DNA from: Phallusia mammillata
Lineage: Eukaryota
Assembly (NCBI GenBank): GCA_965637545.1
Contig: OZ281499.1
Location: 5,642,001-5,706,000, forward strand
DNA: 64,000 nucleotides
Direction: 5' to 3'
Part shown: positions 1 to 12,800 of the stretch, piece after piece
Numbering within the stretch: position 1 is the stretch's first letter
Layout of the letters: each line of letters begins with the position of its first letter
Position numbers and translations under genes: made by a program
The notes under the pieces: model-generated
Told to the model about the DNA's origin: nothing
Databases searched by the model: none
Seen by the model: only the letters and a program-made list of their open reading frames with translations

Positions 1-823
1 CACCCACTAAAATCCATTTCCTTTTTAACTTTATTCCCTAATTGAATAGAATATTTCACATACTATTTATCTATATTGAGGTTTTTACGATTACGGATTC
101 TTGTTTATTCTATTCGACCTGTTTAAAGTCGAAATGAGTACCGAATTCCAACATGAGATTGCCATTTACATTTTTTATAGGGCCACATGTCCTACACGGT
201 TACTTGAAGGGGGCCACGAGGTCCAAAAGTTACTTTTAGGGGGCCACGGTCCACAAAAGGTTGAGAACCACTGTTCTACGCCTTGCCGCATGAAAATGCT
301 GAGAAAACAAGCCTGATGTGGTATAACGGCTCTTGAAGGGGTGGTGATGGAAGTTCAAACTGTTGTTTATTTCGTACGCAGGGACAAACGCAACATCGCA
401 AATCGGGAGACAAAAAGACAAATTACAACACGGAAGCATTAGTTCGAACAAATGATTAGGTGAAAACTGAATTTTGTTACACACAAAACATTGAACAAAG
501 TCACATACACAACTGCATAAATACCATTTTAGAGATGGAAAACCAACAGACAAGTAAAACAACAAATTAGTAATCGTGGGCCGGTTGCACAAACCAAAAA
601 GGTTATAAAACCAGCTTTGAACATTGTGGCAATTATGTTTAATCTGAAAAACGTGTTTAACCATCATTGAAATCAACTTCGAAATACGTGTATTTTGTTG
701 CATGGCAAAACGCATGTCACAGTACAAAATAGAATCACGCACAAAAGACCTTCTAGATAACTTTGTTCCTAAACCTTGCAGGGATTTGCATAGTGATGAC
801 GTCACTGTGACGTGGCAGCACCA

Positions 824-3800
824 TCAATTTCTCTTTTTTCTCCCGGAACGCGGTTCTTGGGCAATTTCACGTTTACCCAATAATATTTGCACAAATATTT
901 GAAGATATTGCAACACCTGCAGGGAAAACAAAATATTGATCGCTTCAAGGATTTGACTTGAGGTAAGTCAACCAGAAAAAAAAATCAATTTACTCACAAA
1001 ACTAGAACTTATACGTTCAATCGACGAATTTCGAGACGTGCTTACCTGCGAATAGTTGTAGGCGAGAAAGATAACAAGCAAAGTGAATGGAAGTGTAAAA
1101 ACAGACACATTTGGGATTTCCGCATCGATTTTCTTTTCCTATAGCACAATTCAATAATAAATCAATTTATAACATGTTTTTAGAAAGTCACTCAATTTAA
1201 CTAGAAAGTAATTTTCGAAAATCACTCTCAAACTCAATACCGGTTTGCCTTAACTCACATCAAAACTGCGCTCGACTCGCTACTGATTTAATTTTAAATT
1301 TATCGCTCAACGAAAACTAAAAGTTAAGTTTGCTTTGACTAACTCACAAAAACATTCCACTCAACTTGCGATTGACCTGTTCCTGGAAATCACTCAAACT
1401 CAACTCTTAACATTTCCTCAAAACCAGTGGTGGGATTCAGCCGGTTCGCACCGGTTCTTTGGAACCGTCTCACGAAATTTTATGAGATCAGCGAACCGGT
1501 TAGCATTACTGGTTACTGGTAATGGACTTTTGTAACAGAACCAGCTGAAAAATATGACTTTTGTGATAGAACCGGCTGAAAAATATGACTTTTGTAACAG
1601 AACCGGCTGAAAAATATGACTTTTGTGATAGAACCGGCTGAAAAATATGACTTTTGTAACAGAACCGGCTGAAAAATATGACTTTTGTAACAGAACCGGC
1701 TGAAAAATATGACTTTTGTGATAGAACCGGCTGACAAAAAAAATGAATCCCAACACTGCTCAAAAACCGCTCACGTTAAAATTGTCTCAATCCCGAAAAT
1801 AACTTAACCCAACTACTGTTTATGCAAGTCATACCTGTGGTTCAAATTTAAACGTAATATGCTTATGAGGTCCAACTGCGAAAAATCCAGCGGCAGGAGC
1901 AGTGAATTCGTACACCGATGTCGCTAGAGAGCTTTCCAATTTCAACACGTATTCGCTCTCATCACGTGGAAGGGTTGGGAGGTTGAAGAAGGGGGTGGCA
2001 CGTGTCAGCGACACCGTGTGGACGGGATGTGATGAAGTAGAATCGTTGGCCCGGTACAGCACCATCTAGTGGTGAAAGTGGTCGAGTAAAAATAAATGAC
2101 TTAAAAAAACGAAATTTTGATTGGTTCAAATAAATGTAGTATGTTTACAAAAACATCAATAACCTTAAAAATTTATAGTTACCACAGCATTTTGCGACCT
2201 GTTCGTTCTGCAAATTTGTTTTCGCGTTGTTGTAGGGAATAATACATACAAGGTGAGACTTACCTACGGGTACATTATAATTTGCTACAACTAAAAAATG
2301 CCTACGTATAACTTGCACGTTAAAGATATTTCACACAAAATTAGAAATAGGCCAAAACTGCAAGTACTCTGTTTGGTCAAGCACCGACTAGCTTGGTCGT
2401 ATTTAAACTCTGAAAGTCTAGTTTGCATGACATGCGAGGCAAGTCAACGCTAGTGAAACACTCGTAAAAATTTCAGTCACACGTGTTGTGTACGGGTGGG
2501 ATGGTTCAAAGCATGCTTTCCTTTCAAAAACTTATTTCAAGGTCGTCATTATTCTTTTATCTAATGCTCTGCACCGAGCTTTAAAAAGTGCGATGCTTTG
2601 TACGGAGTACTCGGGTATTGGCTCGGTTCCGGCCATTCCCAAAAAACGGCAAAAATACTTACTTTAATGAAAGGCAGAAACTCTACTGGAGTGATGACAT
2701 TTCCAGAAAGCTCGAAACCCGACAATTGCCGAAACGCAATAAATCGTAACCCTTCATGGTCATGCTCCTCAGCCTCCAACGTCACAACCTCAGGGGTCAC
2801 GTGACTAAACCTTCGCGTGACGTCATGCACTGTGACGTCATACACGCAGCCAGGTCGAAGCCCACGGACTCTATAACGTCCGTCGTTTCCACTTATTCCT
2901 TCCTCGATTAAACCGACACAGGTTTTTTCCGATGACTTTGACGACGCCCGCACCGGTATGTCCTGCTCCGGTTCCCCGTTTAATGACGTCACTGTGCCCA
3001 TTACGCTGTGACGAATACAGGTTGCATTGGTTTGATTCATGACAAAAACAAGCCACTGGTTCTTGTACTGTGTAAAGTTACATCGCATTTTTCTGGTTTC
3101 AAAGCACGTTTAGCTTTGTTATGTTTTGAAAATACAGCTTGGGCCAAACTTGAAAGTCGGACAGAGCCAGATTTTATTTTTAATGTACACGCCCAGTGTT
3201 TTTTTTTAGGTGTTTTGGGGGACCCAAATTTCTCCAGTTTCCCAAAATTTGGTTTAAGCAAATATGGCTATTTTTTAGTATTTAAATGAAACACTTGCGG
3301 TCTCTTAAAGCTACTTAGCGGTCACCCAAACCAAACCTTAAAAAAAACCTGTACACGCCTATTGAGTAAATATTTTTTTTGCCAAGTTCTGTTGTTATTT
3401 TTTTTTTCACAGGACCTTTACTATGCAACATTTATACAACATGGTTATACCCTTGTAATCATAAAACAAAGAACTATTTTGAAACAAAAAAACAACAGTT
3501 TTGGTTGAATTTTTATCTGTAAAACGAGGCAACTTTTGAAAACACTAGTATTTCTGAAAATCACCAGTCGCCACCCAGATTTTGGTCGGAATTCATGCTT
3601 AGGAAACACTGCTATTGTTGTTGTGTATTACCTGAATGCGACGCGTTTCCCTCTGATGCTAATCTGAGTCTCAGCACCCTCAGCAATGTCAATTACCTGA
3701 ATAAAAAGATCCATTAAATGGTGCACACGTAATGAGCGGAGTCGTTTAGCGACATAACCAATAGCGGAAACGTGTATGTACAGTGTACAGCAGTAGTTCT

Positions 3801-6800
3801 CAAACTGTGCGTCGCGACGCCCTGGTGCATCGTTTCAATTTTCCTAGGGCGTCGTAGAATAGTTTGGTTTCGTGGCTTTTTGTTGTTGTATCAATAAACA
3901 CAACCTTAATAATAAGTTTCCTCGTTAACTTTTATTTGCTGGTGCGTCACAAGTCCAGAAAACTTGTCCAGGGGCGTCGCAATAAAAAAGTTTGAGAACC
4001 ACTGGTATATACAGGGTTGCCATACCGTCCTTATTTCTAAGATTCGTCCTTATTTTGAAGGGCATTGTCTTAGAAAAATGTATTGTCCTTATTTCTAAGA
4101 AATGCCCTTCTTTTTGACTTACGTCCTTATTTTGTCTTATTTTTCAACAATTGCAAGTCAAATTCCTGCTACAAGTAAAAGTAAACCTAGACCTGAGCTG
4201 TCGTGAGATACACGAAGTATTTTTAACAAACAAGGAGTTTCTGGAACAAATTGTTTCTGGCAAAAATTTTCTTAATGGTTCGTATAAATATAAATCCAAA
4301 GATTTGTTCAAAAACGTTAGTTTCGTTTGGTAAAAAAATTTAATTTTTCAGTTGTCCTTATTTTGGGATTCACGTCGATGGCAACCCTGGGTATATACAA
4401 TGACTTTATCCGTTGGTACAATATTTGAAATTACAAAGTGCCAAAAATATTTTAATTTTGCAATGAACAATAACGATTGTTCTAGATTTAAAATTAACAA
4501 AACCATTGTCGTAATGTACTAAAACTGCACAATAACACTTTATGCGGAAGTGTTTTTTTTGATATTTTTGCATTGCCCAGTTTACTTTGGAGAGAAAAGC
4601 GGGCTTCATACACTTCGTATCAACTTACTTGTGCGGATGGGTTGAACTTATATTCTTTCATCATTGCTTTGAAATAATATTGTCCAGGTTCCTGCACAGG
4701 AAAAAATAAAATTCGCGAAAAATAAAAACAAAGGTGCTTTATTTCCAAACATTTCAATATCCATAAAAAATACACTTAAACCAGAACTTGTACATTAGCC
4801 AAAAAACTTAAGAAAAATATCGATAGTTGGCGCAAATGGCGCTGGGGTCTATTTATGACGATATTCCTCATGTGAGTTATGGTGTTAGATTTATGCAAAA
4901 CAGCCGAAAACCTATACCAGTTTAGTGAGTGTTAGAGTCCCATCATCACCAGTTAAGTTGTTACTTCTGTAATTATCCCCGCCACTGATTGATAACAGAA
5001 CTCCGGGCAGTGCTACATCAGACTTCTCCATCTCGATCTAAAAAAGTGACGCAACAAAATCAACTGTTGTTACATCATACTTAATAATAAAAAAGGAATT
5101 TTAAAACTACACAACGCATGAATGGCATTTACTGAACACATTTGGGCTATTTTTGTATGACTTCACTTTGTACGTGTTTCATGGGGGAAATTCGCTGCAT
5201 ATGCTACATATACGGCCATAGGCTAATCTAAACCGGATCAGATGTGATACTGAGTTGATTTTTTTTTTCAGCATTTACAGAAAGTTTTGTCTTTTGAGTT
5301 ATTGACTATAAAAAGATGGCGGGTAGGTTTTTTCAACAAAAAGGTCAATACCGATTATCGGTAGTTAAGTAGGCCGACAACCGATATTTAGTTTTCTATA
5401 AAAGCCTAAATTTGTATCGTGTTAACGGCAAAAACTCCAATGTTGTTTAAAATGTGAACCATGGGTGATTGTTCCAGAAAGTAACAAAACTGTAGTTTAA
5501 ACTAAGGTCATGCTTTCCTATTTCTATATAGTTATAAACCAACGGAAGTCTAATGTTTTCAAAATATTAAAAAAAATATTTACATGTAATATAGCCTATA
5601 GCTTTCCATATCCACAGTTTGACAAATACATAAACAAACCTTGAAAACGAGTTTGCTCAGTTTCTTGGCAACAAAATCTCCTTGAGATCCCTCAACTTTG
5701 GTCATCACATAATCTTCCATGGTGGCAGATATCGTGTATGTGTTATCAGGATGGAGGGGGCCTTCCCTACAAAACAACGAAACCTTTGATATATTTTTAA
5801 TAGCAGATGGGATTCGAACCAGCGACATTGCCTTTCCGCGCTACACAGGCTCAGTGGTAGGCCTAGTGAAAGTCGAATCACAAGCACCGTTGCCTGCCTC
5901 GTATACTGCACATGTCAATTCGTTTCGTTACAACGACTTCATTAGGGTTGACCAAGTATGGCGATGTTCTGATTAGTTGACGTTTAAGGTGGATTTTACG
6001 GACTACTTTGGCTTTCTTGTTTCTTGTAGGAAATATGCCAGCAGTTGCCAGTTTAGCGGGGACATTGTTCCTAATATTTTTGCTTGAACTGGTTGGATCT
6101 TCAATGGCAAATGTTAAGATCCCACTAGACGTTTAAAACGACTCAAGTGGTTATAAAGGCGGTGACTGATGTGGCTCCTCATATCACTAATGATGGCATG
6201 CATGAGCATTGGTCAAACGTTTGAATAAAGTGTCTCTTTTTCGTCGATTTGGGCCTGATATTCTTGATTAAACTTATGAACAGTTCCATGTATACTGTAC
6301 AGTGCTTATTTTAAGGGGTAAAAAACGGCCTCTACAGAAATCTGTTCATTTATGTCACAACTTTAAGCATTTTTGTCAGGTTTATTTTCCAAATGTTTTT
6401 TTTATTATCTTTTACAAATTCACTTGTCACTCACTTGTATTTTCCCTTTTTATCGGTCTTCAGATGAATAACTTTGTCTGTGCCTCCAATTGCTATAGCG
6501 ATGTCCACATTGGCAAGAGCTGGGGTCACCTGACCTGACACAAAAGTACCCACAATGCCTTGGAATCGAACCAACTCTGTAGAGCATTGACCTGTATTCA
6601 AAAATATAATGCTGTTCAGCTGATTGTAGTAGCACATAAAGAAGTCACAAACACCTTAAATATGAAATACTTGGTTCTTGGTTAACTAGCAGGCAATTGA
6701 CAGTGTACAAAGAAGACATTGCTTCTAACGTTTTTTAAAGTCAAGTTTCGCAGAGCACAGTACGCCAGGTCCAATTAAGACGTCATAACGAATCAGCCGG

Positions 6801-9800
6801 TAACCAAGCATTTACCACCATATGGCAAGGCGTAGGCTAAAAAAATCTAGCCTGCAGTGGGATTCGAACCTACGATAGGAGTCTTTTCGGGAATCGCACT
6901 CTACCAACTGAGCTACACAGGCTCAGTGGTGAGCACGCCGTAAGTCGAATCACAAGCACCGTTGCCTGCCTCAAATGCAAGTTTTTGCAGTTCAGTTAAC
7001 TATAAATCTATGCTTTTAGTGTGTCAACCAATACTACTTATGCAGTTAAAAACTGTTTAGGACGTGTTTTTTGACTGGGTTGAATAAAACGCCTATAATC
7101 GAAAGTGGATATATTTGTTTTAAATTTAAGGGTTTTAAATTAGTAATAGAATGTTTAGTTCCATTGCAAATGATGCCTAACGGTCCGTAGAATGAAAGAT
7201 TACCAAGGTCTTCAGGTTAAATGTTAAAACTTACTTGACTTCATTGTAACTTTGCTAGTTGGTGGTTCAAACAATAGCAGAGAAGATGACGGGGTAATTT
7301 CAAGTTTTTCCCCATCACCACCCCAGTAGGATAATTTGTAGATGACAGATCCGCCCTGATAGATGAAATGTAATGTTTGAAAAATATTTTAGTAGTATTA
7401 ATAAATTAAACATTTACCGTTTCAGTGTTATCTTCTGACAGAGTCATGTGTTCTTTGGTGGCTGAAAATAATTATACATAATTTAAATACCGTATAAAAA
7501 ATTGTCAATAAATTGTGGAAAATTTTGTAAGATTTAACATTTTGCAATTAAAAGTTGCCAGTTTTTGTTACTAATTAGACAAAAAACATTAAACCCAATG
7601 ACAATGCCATTTCGTTTGTGAAACAAGGATAGACAGATGTTGTGAAACCATTTGGAGGCAGTTTTACGATTATTTATTTGATTAAAACCCTGATACCACG
7701 TTTCTGTTTGATGCAATCCCTATGTTTCACAGTTCAGCATTTCAGTGTCGCTTTAAATTTTATATCAAGCCCAAAGTTACCTTTTCCTTTGGAAGATTTT
7801 ATAGTCACAGTTGCCTTGGAAACGTCGTCAAGCTTTTGTTTGGTTTCCATGGCAATTACCGCTTCATGGGCGACAGCTTGCAAGGTGATGGCTTTGGGTC
7901 GAGCTGTGTTGTATTTCAGGGGTGTATGAATATCAAAACGATGGCAAGAGACAGGTTCAAGCAGGTATTCTCCCGTACGAGAAAGACACAAGCGGTTATG
8001 GCCCTTCTTCAATGGAAAGGATTCCACTTTTACATCCGTGTAGTGGATTTTCTGTGGAAAAAATAGCACACTTTTAAAGATATCACAGTACGCCAGCTCC
8101 ATTGAAGGATTCAGTCGGTCACCAAGCATTCCCACATGACAAGGCGTAGGCTGTAAAAATATAGCCTGCGGTGGGATTCGAACCCACGACAAGAGTCTTT
8201 CCAGGACTTTTGAAGATAATTTTGGTGAAAATTTTATGGGAATGAAAATTACCGGAATTGTATACAGTTTAATAGTTGGTGATTGGAGCGTTTCATACCA
8301 GAAAGGAAAACGCATAAATGCAAAAAATCTACTTACACCCTACCTCACCTCAGCCTCACATTTAGCTCAATTTCGATAGGTGGCGCAAAGAGCACAAACA
8401 CTTATTTAAACTATATATCTCCATAAAATGCTGACGATTATGACTATTAGGGTTGTTATTAGGTATTATCATTAAAAATTCAATAAAAATGTAACTTTAA
8501 AACCTGATTCCTTACGTAAAAAAGTTCCAACCCTGCCCCCATTTAGCTCTTTTCGCCACTTATCGAAATTAGATAAATGTGGCGTTGATGTGAGTTATAG
8601 TGGTAGAATCACAATCACAAAATACCGAAAAAAATCTTTAATGGCTTACAGGAAGTGTTTAATTATTATAGATATAGGTAGTAGAGTCCAAAAAAAACCA
8701 TTTTTGACCAGAGAATTTTTATGTTACAACCAACAATTACTTTGCATGGCAGCTGTAGGGTCCCAAAGTACTTATAACTCATCTTACCAGTTCAATATCA
8801 TGAGATATGGAGCATACAAGTTGATAGCCAGACTGTTGGAAGCTGGCGGTTGTTGGTTTATCTTCTGCTTGACGTGGAACTTCAATCGATGAACTGTCGC
8901 TTGCCCAACACCAGTTATCATGGCTAACAGACACTGCATATTTCCCAGGGAGAATGCCACTACAATTTCAACAAAAAGCTAAATTATGGTAAAAATAGAT
9001 ATCAACATGCCCCAATTTTGTTGTAAAATGTAAAGTAAAAAGGTAAAGTGCCAAAATAATGACAAAAAGGGCACACTATTGAGTTGTGACTTATGAGTTC
9101 TTATACGTGCAGCTGGTGACAAGACATTGACTATGTCTATGCAGGCTATCGTTAGGGTGTAGCACTAGAGCTTGTTGGGACTTACAGTGAGGCTTGGCAT
9201 CATAGCCTGTAAGTTACCAGTCTGTGCACTTTATGAAGCAATCTCTTTAATTGATTGTAAATTTAATGCCAAGAAGAGCAAAAACGCCCACAGAATTTAA
9301 AAGAATAAAAGTAAAAAAAGAATTAGTCAAAAAGCATAGGTCAGGAGTTATTTAAAGCGGTTCTCTCCTTCTTTAAAGAAACTTTTATTGATTAATAAAA
9401 GTTTATTGGAACGTAGTTGCATTCATAGGGAAACTTTCAGTTGATTGAATTAAATAAAAGGTGTTGATGTGAATTAAGTTCGAAAAAATTCACCACAAAA
9501 AGGCTTTAACCACAAGCACAAATTCCAAATGCCATCAAACTTATTTTCACTGTTATTGTACGCTAAGAAATGTTCAGTTATGAAATTACTATGTTCTATT
9601 CTACAATGGCAATGTTGTTCTTAGATAAACTACACTTTTAAAAACAATCAACGTCATTGCAATCTTTTATATTCACAAAATATTCATTTTGCCTATTTAA
9701 AGTCAGTTTGTGTCTGAATATGAAACTTGAAAACACATTTATTTTTTTCACCTGAATTTGACTGCTGCATTCTTTTCATTGCTAGCAACAATCTGCTTAA

Positions 9801-12800
9801 TTTTCTTGCTTGTGTGTTTGGAAATCAATTCCACTTTCACATCCTTGCAGGTTTCAATACACGACACATCAACTTGAACATTCCCACGAAATTGACCGAA
9901 TGCAACCGATTTTACAGGTTCATCTTTCACTGTGAGCTGCACAAATTTCAAACATTTTAACCAACAATTGCAAGCAATATGCTGTAAATTGTATATCTAT
10001 GTACAGTTTGCAGTTAATGATGGTTACAATAAAGGTCTTCGTTTTAGAAGAAGTTGGAGTCAGGACTGAGTTAGAATTCAGATTTTTTCCTGCAGTTAAA
10101 AACTCCTGTATTGAAATACCCTTTGTTTGTGACAAACCTATAAACGCAACCCAAGTCATGTATCTATGTAAATTACAAATAATACCTATTGAGTGTGTTT
10201 TTCAACTGGGGTATATTAAAATATTTTCACCCGATAAAGTGAAATAACACCCTTTAGAAATTGGATTCTGTAGTCCCTAAACTTGGAAAAAAATCCTTTA
10301 TCTTTTGAAGGTTATTTCGAACAACAAACTACAATCATCTAAAAGTTAACTAGGAAGTATTTTCAAACCTGTTGAGAAGTTGGAGTAACAACGAGACCAC
10401 CATCTTCCATAGCTTTTGTCAAAACTGGTTTTAGAGTATATTGACCTAAAAACAAGGTCACACTTCAGTTTGATCACTAAATGTTATTTAGTTGGATTTG
10501 AGGCACAAAAAATGATTCTTTCAATATCTGTTTAATTGTATACTAAATTCCATTAGTAAAGAAACCAATATAATTAACTGCATATTTCAGTTATTTGCAA
10601 GAAAAAAATTGGCAAATTGGAGTTGGTAGTAACCAGAATCAACCTCTTATATTGCTAAACAAGGAATCAATAAAACAGTTTAATAGAATTGATGGTTTTG
10701 TAAAGCTAACATAATTTTGCTGTTAAATTAGTTGGTGTTGCACACATTAGCACTTACTCATGTTGCGCTATTTATTGAACTTTAAGAAGATACCTGGTCT
10801 CAGCATGGCACAGAATTCTCCTTTTTTGTCAAGACTTGTTGCCTTCGGTTTTGACTTTTCAGTAGAGTCGGAAACTGACATTTGTATTTTACTGAAGGAA
10901 AATTGTCCACTAGGTGGTTCATCAACAGTGAGTTTGCCACAAACCAAAAATGAATCTGCGATTATGTTCGGCAACAGAGGGGTATCTGGACCAACTCGCA
11001 TCTGTAAAATATAAATTCGCAAATGAGAATAAGGTTTGATACAAACTGCAATGGTCCTACCTAGCCAAGCTGGTATAACTTTACACTTACATGTTACCTC
11101 AAATGCATTTTTCAGTACACATTTTATCCTAATGAACTGAATTTTATCAAAGGAATTGGCTACTTGACGAGATTGGAACAATACATTATGTATGATGAAC
11201 ACACTACAGGTCTCATTGACTGTGGCCACTCCTAGGTAGCTCTTTATTGTGAATAAACAACCAAATGTCATTATGACTGATGATGAGCATTTAGTTAGAG
11301 TTGTAAGTCAGGCCAGGCTTATTGGATACAAGTTTAAACATACAAACTTGATTAGGTCCTGACGTCACTTACTAACATCTGTGTCTTAATTTCAACTGGT
11401 AAATAAAACATTCAGCGATATTATTTTAACAATGCTAAAAGTTTTGCCCTTTCATTTTGGGCCCTACTCTGAGTTAGCAGTGACATGCCCAAAACCTTTG
11501 TTCATTTTATTAACGGCATGTCTACAAAATAACATTTGCTGTAAATTGGTCTGTCACTTAAAAAATTGCTAGTCCCTATAGGAAATGGCAAAAAAATGGA
11601 AGTAGAAACTAGAAGGGTGGCTTAGCACATATTGCCCTTGCACATACACTATAGCATATTTTGAAACATTAATATATTTCCTACACTTATTTATATTGGG
11701 CCCTATATTAGCCATCGTCTTTTATAACCTTGGTTGTTTCTGCAAGCAAAAACTCATGGGTCCCCACACATGCAAAGTTGTAGAGAATGCATTTCAAGAG
11801 ATAACAATGAGTAAGTAGGATAACTATATAATTGAGGTTCAACACACACAAACTTAAACGAAGGAAACCACAATGACTCAATCAATAGTACTGCAAAATT
11901 TCAGTCCAATCTGCCAACGTTTAAAATTTCAACCACTAGAGGTGTTTTGAGCAACAAATGTTAATGTTTCTGACGTCAAAGGGCTGTTAACAACCCCCAA
12001 ACTGCAATGACGCAATAACGATAATTGGCATACTTTACAAGCTATCAAAATTTTAGCCAATTCTGACATTGTTTATAAACTCACCCCTTTTAGGGGGCTA
12101 GTGAGGTAAATATTAGGGTTATCCGGACAAACAAAGTGGGATGCACATCTACATAACTATATCTACCATCTGTATAAGTTTCAGCCACATCCATCAAGCA
12201 TTTGATGGCAAAACGAGTCAGACAAACTTCGGGGAAAAAACCATTTTAGGGGGCTAGCGGGGTAAATACTGGGGTTATCAACAAAAACAAAGTGGGATGC
12301 ACATCTACCATCTGTGTAAATTTCAGCCGAATCCATCAAACATTTGATAGAAAAATGAGTCGGACAAACTTCGGGGGAAAATACCCATTTTAAGGGGCTA
12401 GCGGGGTGAATACTGGGGTTATCAACAAAAACAAAGTGGGATGCACATCTACATAACTACATCTACCATCTGTATAAGTTTCAGCCACATCCATCAAGCA
12501 TTTGATGGCAAAACGAGTCAGACAAACTTCGGGGAAAAAAAACATTTTAGGGGGCTAGCGGGGTAAATACTGGGGTTATCAACAAAAACAAAGTGGGATG
12601 CACATCTACATAGCTACATCTACCATCTGTGTAAATTTCAGCCAAATCCATCAAACATTTGATGGAAAAACGAGTCGGACAAACTTCGGGGAAAAATACC
12701 TATTTTAGGGGGCTAGCGGGGTAAATACCAGGGTTATGAACAAAAACAAAGTGGGATGCACATCTACATAACTACATCTACCATCTGTGTAAATTTCATC

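Noticed and set aside
1526-1734. CRISPR-like array; ORFs at 1418-1763
   Set aside because: Units are contiguous with no unique spacers in a eukaryotic intron; the ORFs just reflect stop-free repeat periodicity.
6849-6923. Functional tRNA gene
   Set aside because: Anticodon stem (CGATT/AGACT) does not pair, and truncated copies with shared flanks indicate a SINE-like repeat.
7734-8315. 193-aa ORF as a single coding unit
   Set aside because: Only the part from ~8053 down is a NOMO exon; the N-terminal part runs through intron and SINE sequence.
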